From: Thermoproteus sp.
Lineage (GTDB): Archaea > Thermoproteota > Thermoprotei > Thermoproteales > Thermoproteaceae
Length of the DNA stretch: 59,890 nt
Direction of reading: 5' to 3'
NCBI GenBank assembly: GCA_049976425.1
Contig: JBMFIG010000007.1
Span: 1-59,890 of the forward strand
Part shown: positions 1-8,330 of the stretch, in pieces
How positions within the stretch are numbered: position 1 is the first letter of the stretch
Layout of the letters: each line of letters opens with the position of its first letter
Translations under genes and position numbers: made by a program
The notes under the pieces: model-generated
What the model was told of the DNA's origin: nothing
The model's database searches: none
What the model saw: the letters and a program-made list of their open reading frames with translations, nothing else

Positions 1-518
1 GGCTGACCACGGCCGAGCTTGTCGAGAAGAACAGAAACGCCAAGGGACCCGATCTGCTGGCCCAGATAGCCAAATACAACGACGCGCCCATAGTGCAAGA
101 TCCCAGCGCCGTCTTCGGCGTCGATGCCGATATTCTTGTCCCTGCTGCTCTTGAGAATGCTATTACTGAGGATAATGTGGGTTCTGTTAGGGCTAGGCTT
201 GTGGTGGAGGGGGCTAACGGGCCTACTACGCCTGAGGCTGAGAAGGTCCTCTACGAGAGGGGGATCGTCGTCGTGCCGGATGTCTTGGCTAACGCTGGGG
301 GCGTGGTTATGTCGTATCTAGAGTGGGTTGAGAATCTGCAGTGGTTTATGTGGGATGAGGAGGAGACTAGGGCTAGGCTCGAGAGAATTATGGCGGAGAA
401 CTTCAGACGGGTACACCGGAGGTGGGTGCAGGAGAAGGGATGGACTATGAGAGACGCCGCATACGTAATAGCCGTAGAGAGGATATACAAAGCAATGAAG
501 GCGAGGGGGTGGATATAG
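1..518 (+). CDS. gdhA: Glutamate dehydrogenase, C-terminal part (5' end lies outside the window)
   Basis: [20 protein letters not shown] and [17 protein letters not shown] motifs. The frame is open back to position 3. Confidence 0.95.
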   Translation, partial: LTTAELVEKNRNAKGPDLLAQIAKYNDAPIVQDPSAVFGVDADILVPAALENAITEDNVGSVRARLVVEGANGPTTPEAEKVLYERGIVVVPDVLANAGGVVMSYLEWVENLQWFMWDEEETRARLERIMAENFRRVHRRWVQEKGWTMRDAAYVIAVERIYKAMKARGWI

Positions 519-587
519 CGGCGACCAGCTACGTAGCCCATCCACTCTTTTAGATACCGACAATACTACCGGTTAAAAAGGGAAATT

Positions 588-692
588 TTAGAGAATGCCC
601 CCCTCGGCGAATCTAAGCACAGCGACCTTCTTGTCCTTCAGCTCAACCACCTTGATCTTCTTGGCGTCCTCCTCCGTTTTCTTCTCCGCCAT
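588..692 (-). CDS. 34-aa charged microprotein (MAEKKTEEDAKKIKVVELKDKKVAVLRFAEGGIL)
   Basis: Read manually. ATG about 20 nt downstream of an AT-rich TTTAAATTAA box, host-like codons, and a T-tract (TTTCCCTTTTT) right after the TAA. Confidence 0.7.
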   Translation of the reverse strand: MAEKKTEEDAKKIKVVELKDKKVAVLRFAEGGIL

Positions 693-764
693 GGATCAAA
701 CAACGTATTAATTTAAATTTCTTACGTTATAGTTTGCGATGCGCCGAGAAAGCCTAAAACTGGC

Positions 765-1544
765 TTGGCCGGAGAGGGCGTGAAGATCGCCGTAGTTCAA
801 TCGCCCAGGTTTTCAGGTCCGGCCGAGGGCTTGAGGTGGTTGATGGACAAGACGCCGAGGGCCGATCTGGCCGTCCTCCCCGAGTATTGGATAGGGACCG
901 TCCCCCTAGACGAGGAGGGGTTCCGCTCCTATATCTCGGAGATCGCCGAGATCGCCTCCGCCATGGGCGGGATCGTCGTGGCGGGCGCCGTGGCCGTCGC
1001 CAGAGGCGGCGCCGTCAAGAACGTGTGCCCCGTAGTGGGCGGGGAGGGGCTGTTGACGTGGGGCGAGAAGATCTTCCCCTCTGCTGCAACCGAGGAGAGA
1101 GTCTGGGTATCCGGCGGCTCTAGGCTGGCTCTCTTCAAGGCCGGGAGTTGGGCGGTGGGCTGCCTATCCTGCGTCGACCTGGCCTACCCGGAGCTGGCGC
1201 GTAGGCTGGCTCTGGCCGGAGCCGAGGTGGTCGTCAACCCGGCGAGCATATCGGCCGACAGGAGAGGTCTGTGGGCCGCGATCGGGCTGGCGAGGGCCTT
1301 CGAGAACTCGGTGTTCGTCGCGGCGGCGCTCGGGACCGGCTATAGATACCCAGACGGCAGGCCGGCGCGCGGCGGATCCTACGTAGCCACGCCAAACGGG
1401 ATCCTCGTGGAGTTCGGTGAGGAGCCCGGCGTCTATTTGGCCGAGCTCGACCGGGGAGAGCTGGAGTACGCCAGGAGGCGAAGGCGCTACCTAGACGACG
1501 TGAGGTCCATGAAGCCCGTCGACTTGAATAGGTATGGGCTCTAG
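765..1544 (+). CDS. Carbon-nitrogen hydrolase (nitrilase superfamily)
   Basis: E-K-C triad context (LPE, EKIF, SCVD) and ARAFEN motif. The start may be the GTG at 780. Confidence 0.9.
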   Translation: MAGEGVKIAVVQSPRFSGPAEGLRWLMDKTPRADLAVLPEYWIGTVPLDEEGFRSYISEIAEIASAMGGIVVAGAVAVARGGAVKNVCPVVGGEGLLTWGEKIFPSAATEERVWVSGGSRLALFKAGSWAVGCLSCVDLAYPELARRLALAGAEVVVNPASISADRRGLWAAIGLARAFENSVFVAAALGTGYRYPDGRPARGGSYVATPNGILVEFGEEPGVYLAELDRGELEYARRRRRYLDDVRSMKPVDLNRYGL

Positions 1545-2048
1545 CCAGGCGAGGTAAAAAGCCGACATCCCTCGGCCTCTACACAACGTGCGGACACCTC
1601 GGCGGTGCCGAGAAAAGGCGCACCGGTCGCCATACGTCGGCCGATCCGCTCGCCGAATAGGCTTATTCCTTCCGCCTTTATATCGAGCCGGGGTGTGCTC
1701 ACTTATATAATCCCTCAGATCCGCGAGCCAGCTCTCGACCATCGCTCACCTGCGGCCTCCGAGTTGTCTCGGCCAATCTGCATATCGCAGACCTCACAGC
1801 TATGGCGCCGGCGGAAGGCTGACATGTCGACCGCTGGCCGCAGAGGGGACAACGAGGCAACCGTCCGCCGAGGGCGAGCCAACGTTGGAAGCCCCCCGGC
1901 TGTATATATCTCCGTAACGCGCTCTTACTTCAATAGTCGTCAGTATATGCTTTAAAGCGACGTTGGTGTTGATCTAAGTAGAGTGCGCCGTATGTTAACT
2001 GCGACGCCGATTTTCGGCGTGCCGAGGGAGGAGAACGGCGAAGATAAG

Positions 2049-2148
2049 TAGCCCGGCCGGGATTCGAACCCGGGCCACGGGGTCCAAAGCCCCGCATCCG
2101 TAGCCGGGCCGCATAGCCGTGGCCCGTTGGCCGCTAGACGACCGGGCT
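2049..2148 (-). tRNA. tRNA-Gln(UUG) with a 27-nt D-loop intron (about 2100-2126); CCA not encoded
   Basis: AGCCCGG/CCGGGCT acceptor stem, CGGGG-CT-TTG-GA-CCCCG anticodon arm, GGTTCGAATCC T-loop, TTTAAAA box upstream. Confidence 0.93.
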
Positions 2149-2230
2149 CGCCCACAAATACGCAGAGGATTTTAAACGTTTTCCGGCTATCTGTCGCCTA
2201 CGGCGACGACGCGCCTTGTGGGACCCTTGC

Positions 2231-3424
2231 CTAGATCTCGGAGAGCGCCTTCACTAGACGCCCTATTTCGGCTAGGGCCTTCTCGTCGGGGAGGGCTTTT
2301 GTCTCGACTACGGGCTCCACTATCTTGAAACCCGCCTTCTGGAGCGCCTCGACCGCCTGCCTCGACGTGGGGGCCCAGACGTATGTGTTCACTACGGCCG
2401 CGACGCGGCCCCTGCCGAGGCTCTTGGACTGCAGTAGGTGGAGCACGTTGTGTATGTAGGGGAACACGCCTCCGTCGTAGGTTGGGTAGACGACGACCAA
2501 CGCATAGGCCTCGACGAGATCGGCCAATATGTAGGATGGATGGACGTCGGAGGCGTCGTAGATAGACGTCGTGAAGCCGGCCTTGCGCAACTCCTCCGCT
2601 ATGTGTTCCGCCAGTTGCCTCGTCCTTCCGTACATAGAGCCGAACAAGACCACAGCCCTCCTTCTGTCGGGCTCGGGCGCGGCCCACTTCCTGTACAGCC
2701 TCAACATCTCCGATACGTGTCTGCGGTATATCGGGCCGTGCGACGGCGCTATTATCTTGACGTCGAGCGGCTTTATCTTCTCCAACGCGTCTATTACATT
2801 CCTGCCGTATTTGGCCACTATGTTCACGTAGTACCTCCTCGCCTCCGATATGTAGCGATCTAGGTCCACTTCGTCGTCGAATATTCCCCGCTCCAGCGCC
2901 CCATATGCGCCGAAGGCGTCGCAAGTGAAGAGCACGCCGGAGTCCTCGAGGTATGTGAACATGGTCTCCGGCCAGTGGAGCCACGGCGCGTGGATGAATC
3001 TAAGCCTCCGTCTGCCTAGATCCAGCGTATCTCCGTCCTTAACCGCGATGATCCTATCTGCGGGTACTTTATAGAGCGAATGTATGAGGCGGCTTGCGGC
3101 GGTCGACGCAACCACCTTGACGTGTTTGAGCCTCTGGAGGATGTAGGGAGTAGCCCCGTGGTGGTCGGGCTCGAGGTGGTTCAACACCAGATATTTGACC
3201 CGCGAGATATCGCCGACGACTTCGCCGACCCTCCCCAGGTACTCGTAGGCGAACTCCTCGGGAGCCGCGTCGATGAGGGCCACGTCGCCGCCATCGACGA
3301 CATATGCGTTGTAGGACACGCCGTCAGGCAGAGGCCACAAGGCCTCGAACAATCTCTTGATCCTATCGTTTACCCCTACCCAAAAAACGCCGTCCGCCAC
3401 AGCTCTAGGAGCCGGCGTCTCCAT
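2231..3424 (-). CDS. fprA: Flavodiiron protein (metallo-beta-lactamase plus flavodoxin domains)
   Basis: GVSYNAY, NHLEPDH, PWLHWPETM, TCDAFG, APSHG and SMYGRT motifs. Confidence 0.93.
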   Translation of the reverse strand: METPAPRAVADGVFWVGVNDRIKRLFEALWPLPDGVSYNAYVVDGGDVALIDAAPEEFAYEYLGRVGEVVGDISRVKYLVLNHLEPDHHGATPYILQRLKHVKVVASTAASRLIHSLYKVPADRIIAVKDGDTLDLGRRRLRFIHAPWLHWPETMFTYLEDSGVLFTCDAFGAYGALERGIFDDEVDLDRYISEARRYYVNIVAKYGRNVIDALEKIKPLDVKIIAPSHGPIYRRHVSEMLRLYRKWAAPEPDRRRAVVLFGSMYGRTRQLAEHIAEELRKAGFTTSIYDASDVHPSYILADLVEAYALVVVYPTYDGGVFPYIHNVLHLLQSKSLGRGRVAAVVNTYVWAPTSRQAVEALQKAGFKIVEPVVETKALPDEKALAEIGRLVKALSEI

Positions 3425-3561
3425 AGGGCCTCCAGTCGCTATCTACGTATAAACTTTTCCCTAATTCTGGCATAAATTGGGACAGCCAAAGTCAAAGCCG
3501 ACAAACCTAGGCGGTAGCGCCAGCGAAAAGTACATAAAGGACCTCCATTATGTGGTCCGTC

Positions 3562-3688
3562 GCCGCCGTAGCTAAGCCCGGTATAGCGGCGGTCCCCTTA
3601 GGGGGCGGCCGACGCTGTTAACCCGTAGGTCCCGTCGAGCCCCCGCGAGGGGGTTCGGGATAGGGTTCAAATCCCGGCGGCGGCGCCA
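3562..3688 (+). tRNA. tRNA-Asn(GUU) with two non-canonical introns (about 3593-3613 and 3634-3662); CCA encoded
   Basis: GCCGCCG/CGGCGGC acceptor stem followed by G-CCA. Removing both inserts restores the GCGGG-CT-GTT-AA-CCCGT and CCGGG-TTCAAAT-CCCGG arms. Confidence 0.9.
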
Positions 3689-3703
3689 ACCGGTTTTCGC
3701 CGT

Positions 3704-4379
3704 CTACGCCTCCAGGGCGTCGGCCAGCTCGTCGAGGTCTCTGACAACGAGCGCGGGCTCCGGCCCCAGCTCCTCGGTCGGCAACCCGCGTCTGTTCAAG
3801 TATATGGCCTTGAGGCCGGCGTTGAGGGCCCCCGGCGACGTCCCAGGGATTCGACGACACCAACGCGGCGTCTCCCAGCCGGGAGGCCAGCCCGTAGATC
3901 TTGGGGCTCGGCTTGAAGACGCCGACCTCCTCCGCCGAGAGTATATCGGCGAAGTGGGCCCTCAAGCCCGTGTTCCTCAACAACGCGTCGACCATATCCC
4001 TATCTCCGTTTGTCAAGGCCACTAGCTTGTGCCGCTTGGCGAGCCTCGGCAAGGACCGCGCCGCGTCTGGGTAGGGCTTGAGCCGCAACCACGCCTCCAT
4101 CAGCATCTCAATCTCCCGCTCCTTCAAGCCCAGGCCCAGCCGCTTGATCGTATACCTCAGGGCCCTTTCCGTGACCGAGCGGAAGCTCTCGTACCTCCCC
4201 ATCACGGACAGCAGAAGGGCGTACTCCAGCTGTTTGGCGCGCCAGAGCTCCACGAAGCCCACGGGGTCCGGGACCAGCCCTCTAGCCGCCTCGGCCAGCG
4301 AGGCCAGATCGTAGAGGGTGCCGTATATGTCGAAGGCCAGCACCCCGACCGCGGGGACCTGCCTCCCGACGACGCCCAT
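3704..4379 (-). pseudogene. Haloacid dehalogenase type II (HAD) gene, frameshifted in a G5 run at 3829-3833 (real lesion or sequencing error)
   Basis: FDIYGTL, LTNG, FKPSP and SSNPWDVAG motifs. Removing one G continues the frame as ALNAGLKAIYLNRRG...VRDLDELADALEA*, the expected HAD C-terminus. Confidence 0.85.
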
Positions 4380-4495
4380 TGAGGAGGCGGGCCGCAGATT
4401 TATATTAGCTACGCCCGCGGTCAGCGCCTGCGCCAAGCGGCGCGGGCGCATAGATTGCGCGCTCTGTTTTTATCCTGCTCCGCGGACTCCACGAC

Positions 4496-5101
4496 ATGTT
4501 GCCCACAACAGTCGCCGTGCCCAAGATACCCGTCGTGGACAAGGTCTCGCTCCCCGCCGACAGGAGCGCCGTCCTGGTCGTCGATATGCAGAACGACTTC
4601 GCCCACCCCAACGGAAAGCTCTACGGGCCCTCGGCCAGGGAGATAATCCCCCGAATAGCCAAGCTCCTGGAGAGAGCCCGGGCCAAGAAGGTCCGCATTG
4701 TCTATACCCAAGACACCCACTACCCGGACGACCCCGTGGAGTTCCCCATATGGGGCCCCCACGTGGTCAAGGGCTCGTGGGGCTGGCAGATAGTTGAAGA
4801 GCTCAAGCCGAGAGAGGGTGACCTAGTCGTAGAGAAGATGAGATATGATCCGTTCTTCGGGACCCCTCTGGACCACATACTCCGCATGTACGGCGTGCGG
4901 CACCTCGTGGTCGTGGGCACCGTGGCCAACATCTGCGTCCTACACGCTGTGGCGGGCGCCAGGCTGAGGCTCTACGACGTGGTGGTCCCGATAGACGCGA
5001 TAGCCGCCCTCAACGAGTTCGACTACGCGGCGGCGTTGAGGCAGATGGACTTCCTCTACAAGGCGACTCTCACAACCGTCGACGGCGTGTCCTTCGAATA
5101 G
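4496..5101 (+). CDS. Isochorismatase/nicotinamidase-family cysteine hydrolase
   Basis: VVDMQNDF, EKMRYDPF and GTVANICV motifs. Confidence 0.92.
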   Translation: MLPTTVAVPKIPVVDKVSLPADRSAVLVVDMQNDFAHPNGKLYGPSAREIIPRIAKLLERARAKKVRIVYTQDTHYPDDPVEFPIWGPHVVKGSWGWQIVEELKPREGDLVVEKMRYDPFFGTPLDHILRMYGVRHLVVVGTVANICVLHAVAGARLRLYDVVVPIDAIAALNEFDYAAALRQMDFLYKATLTTVDGVSFE

Positions 5102-5327
5102 GCGGCTGGCCGGGCCAGAGGGCCGACGGCGCGACGAGCGCCGACGTAGGCGGAGCCGCGAGCAGATTGCGCAACGCCGTGAATCCTCCACGGCGCCGAA
5201 GACCGCATCGGCGCTCACGGCCTGTCGGAGGGTGAGAGGAGTATATACTCTGCAGAGAGCGACGCGGCCGCTTGAATGAGTCCGGGCGGGGGCGTGTGCT
5301 CAGCATCGCCGTCTAGAACGGCGAGGG

Positions 5328-5378
5328 TCAGCCTGTGGCATAAACGGCCATGTAGGGCCCAAAGGGACAGGTCATCAC
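5328..5378 (-). ncRNA. Candidate C/D box (K-turn) small RNA
   Basis: GTGATGA ... CTGA spanning 51 nt, about 20 nt downstream of a TTTTAAAAAA box. The internal C'/D' boxes are weak. Confidence 0.55.
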
Positions 5379-5420
5379 GTGGATCTCCGCGTTCTTTTTT
5401 AAAACAGCTTCGGCATAGAC

Positions 5421-6377
5421 GTGCGGGTGTTTTTCGACAACGGCGTGGTGGTGGAGGGGAGGGGCTTTAGAGTCTTGGTGGACCCATTCAAGCCCTTCGA
5501 CGAGTCCAAATACGACGCTGTCCTTATAACTCACGGCCACAGCGACCACGTAACTCGGCACATCAGGAGGGCGTTCGCCGTGTTGACCAGGGAGACTCTC
5601 CAGGTGTTGCGGGTGAGGTACGGCGTGAGGCCCAGGAAGTACGTCCTCGCCAAGCCGGGCGACAGGCTGGATCTAGGCAAGTTCTTCCTGCACGTCCTCA
5701 ACGCGGGGCACGTGCCGGGGAGCGTCATGTACTTGATCGAGTCGCGGGACGGGACTGTGGGGCTGACCGGCGACTTCAACCCGGCGGGTAGCAACGTGGT
5801 CAGGGGGGCCGACGCCATAGAGGCCGACGTGTTGGTCATGGAGGCCACCTACGGCTCGCGGCACTACGTCTTCCCGCCGCGCGAGAGGCTCTACGAGGAG
5901 ATAGCCGCGCTGGCCGACAGAGGCGAGGCCCCTGTCGCCATAAGGGCCGGTCCGTTGGGGAAGGGGCAGGAGATGGCGAGGCTTCTGCCGGGCAACAGAC
6001 TCTATCTGGAGCCGAAGGTCGCCGCCCTCAACAGAGCCCTCGGCTTTCCAGGCGGCAGGGAGCTGGCTCGCGGGATCAAGCCCAATCCCGGCGAGGTGGT
6101 CGTCCTAGGCCTCACGTCCCGCCCCCCGCCGGGCTCCCTCTTGGTTGAGCTGAGCGGCCACTACGCGGTGGCCAAGCCGGAAGGCGCCGTGGGCTTACCG
6201 CTCAGCAACCACGCCGACTTCCCTGCCCTCCTCGAGACCGCCTTGAGGAGCCGCGCCAAGAGGATATATACAGTCTACGGCCACGTGGACGAGCTCGCCA
6301 GGTGGCTGAACAGACTGGGCCTCAAGGCCTCCAGGATACCGCCCAGAGGCCAGACGGAGCTGACCCAGTGGCTCTAG
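5421..6377 (+). CDS. MBL-fold / beta-CASP-type metallo-hydrolase (putative RNA-processing nuclease)
   Basis: THGHSDH, AGHVPGS, TGDF, EATYG, LSNHAD and VYGH motifs. Confidence 0.85.
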   Translation: MRVFFDNGVVVEGRGFRVLVDPFKPFDESKYDAVLITHGHSDHVTRHIRRAFAVLTRETLQVLRVRYGVRPRKYVLAKPGDRLDLGKFFLHVLNAGHVPGSVMYLIESRDGTVGLTGDFNPAGSNVVRGADAIEADVLVMEATYGSRHYVFPPRERLYEEIAALADRGEAPVAIRAGPLGKGQEMARLLPGNRLYLEPKVAALNRALGFPGGRELARGIKPNPGEVVVLGLTSRPPPGSLLVELSGHYAVAKPEGAVGLPLSNHADFPALLETALRSRAKRIYTVYGHVDELARWLNRLGLKASRIPPRGQTELTQWL

Positions 6378-6440
6378 CCGCCGATCCGCACAGCCGGCCC
6401 TCGTAATACTCCAAGACGTAGGAACCGGATGCCGCGATGG

Positions 6441-8267
6441 CTAGTCCTTCAGCTCGACGTATTTCTCGAGGACGGGCGCCACGTAGTCGAGGCCTAGGCG
6501 CCGCAGAGTGCTCCTCCTCGGGATCCCGTTCTCGTCCCAGCCCCTCAGGTCGTAGTAGTGGCTCAACATCTCGTGGTATTTGCCGTAGTCCAGATGGGCG
6601 CCCTTGAGCGGGCCCTTGGTCAGCGGCTTCTTGAACCACTTGGGCGGCGGCACGTCGAGCTCCCTAGACCAGTGGCCGTATTCCCTTATCCAGAAGGCCC
6701 TTATGAGCGCGTATATGCGGTCGCCCACCTCGTTGAAGTACTCGGGAGTCGCGTCGAGGCCGGTGGCGGCCTTGAAGAGCTTGGGGTACCAATCCAGCGG
6801 CAACGATATCTCGACCCAGGGCAGGCGGCAGCCGACGAACGCCTCGAACCAGCCGCCTCTGATCCTCTGTAGCTCTATGACTTTAGCCGCCTTCTCTCTC
6901 GTATAGCCGAAGCGGTCGGTCTTGACCTCCCAAGATATGACCCAGGCGTCCTTGTGGTGGGGGCCTATGGGCGACGTCGCGTAGGCGAGCGCCATGGCGG
7001 GGGCGGCGTGGCAGTCGTAGGCGGACACCTCGAGGCCCTTGACCTGCACCGCGAGCTCCTCGGCCTTGAGCCTCCGGGAGGCCCTCATGGTGCCTTCAGC
7101 CAAAAGGTCCCCGAAACCTCTCCTGTAGGCTATGTCCAACGCGAGGTCCCGCGCGGCCTTGTAGTCGCCCCACTCGATCTTGAAGCCGTGCTCCTTGGTG
7201 AGCCCCCTCTCGCTGGCCTCCATGGCGAAGCCTAGGGTGTTGCCGAGCGATATGGTGTCCATCCCCATGAGGTCGGCGATGCGGTTCAGCTCCGCTACCT
7301 TGGACAGATCGCCTATGCCCAGGTTAGAGCCCAGAAGGGCTATGTTCTCGTAGTCGACCTCGGCGACGCCGCCCTCGGCGGGGACCCAGTGACCGCAGGG
7401 CATGAAGCAGAGCGGGCACGACTTGAGGTCGACCTCCATCTTCTCGACCATGGCCCCGCCGATCTTCTCGAACTCGTCGAACTGGCCCTCGGAGAAGTTG
7501 TAGGTCGGCAGGACGCTGGCCTCTTGGGCCCACTCCACCGTGGACGTAGTGCCTTGCCTCATCCAGAAGTTGTAGCCGGGCATCTTCCTCCCCTGCTCCA
7601 CGGCCTCCAGCCCTATCTTGCTTATCGCCTTGTCCGCCACCGGTATCTCGCCTCTGCCCTTTACCACCAACGCCTTTAGGTTCTTGGAGCCCATGACGGC
7701 GCCCATGCCCGGCCTACCTCCGGCCCTCCCTTTCTGGGCCACCACCACGGCGTATTTGACCAAGTTCTCGCCGGCGGGGCCTATGGAGATAACCCCGGCG
7801 TCTCTCCCGTGTATTTTCTGTAGCTTGTCCTCGGTCGCCCAGGTGTTGAGGCCCCAGAGATCCGACGCGTCGAGGAATTGGACGCCCTTCTCATCTATAT
7901 AGAGATATGTAGGTCTCTCGGCCTTGCCCTCGACGACGATCGCGTCGTAGCCCGCGCGCCTCATGTAGACGCCGGCCCACGCGCCTATGTTGCCGTCGCC
8001 GTAGCCGCCCGTTATGGGCGACTTGGCCGCCACCACCAGCTTCCCCATGTTGACGTTGGTGAGGCCGGTCAACGGGCCCGCGGCGAATATGAGCTTGTTG
8101 TGCGGCGACAGCGGATCCACGCCCGGCGGGAGCTCGTCCCACAGTATCTTTATGGCGAGGCCTCTGCCGCCGATGAAGTCTCTGGCAACGGAGGCGTCCA
8201 GCTCCTGGACGACGTACTTCTTCCTCGTCAAGTCGACCCTGAGCACTCTGCCTTGCCAACCGGCCAT
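6441..8267 (-). CDS. aor: Tungsten-dependent aldehyde:ferredoxin oxidoreductase family protein
   Basis: KSPITGG, GAVMGSKNLK, CPLCFMPC, DLMGMD and YYDLRGWDENG motifs. Confidence 0.93.
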   Translation of the reverse strand: MAGWQGRVLRVDLTRKKYVVQELDASVARDFIGGRGLAIKILWDELPPGVDPLSPHNKLIFAAGPLTGLTNVNMGKLVVAAKSPITGGYGDGNIGAWAGVYMRRAGYDAIVVEGKAERPTYLYIDEKGVQFLDASDLWGLNTWATEDKLQKIHGRDAGVISIGPAGENLVKYAVVVAQKGRAGGRPGMGAVMGSKNLKALVVKGRGEIPVADKAISKIGLEAVEQGRKMPGYNFWMRQGTTSTVEWAQEASVLPTYNFSEGQFDEFEKIGGAMVEKMEVDLKSCPLCFMPCGHWVPAEGGVAEVDYENIALLGSNLGIGDLSKVAELNRIADLMGMDTISLGNTLGFAMEASERGLTKEHGFKIEWGDYKAARDLALDIAYRRGFGDLLAEGTMRASRRLKAEELAVQVKGLEVSAYDCHAAPAMALAYATSPIGPHHKDAWVISWEVKTDRFGYTREKAAKVIELQRIRGGWFEAFVGCRLPWVEISLPLDWYPKLFKAATGLDATPEYFNEVGDRIYALIRAFWIREYGHWSRELDVPPPKWFKKPLTKGPLKGAHLDYGKYHEMLSHYYDLRGWDENGIPRRSTLRRLGLDYVAPVLEKYVELKD

Positions 8268-8330
8268 GGGTCAACCCAATTACACCTTTTAAAGCATGAA
8301 GTTTATAAGGGGGGCTTCTTCCAGCGGCTT

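Noticed and set aside
5239-5250. Perfect palindrome GAGTATATACTC
   Set aside because: A single 12-bp palindrome with no linked gene start; a few are expected by chance in 60 kb.
7878-8330. N-terminal 150 aa of the track's 636-aa phosphorylase ORF
   Set aside because: Antisense to aor; the real start follows the TTTATAA box, at about 8331.
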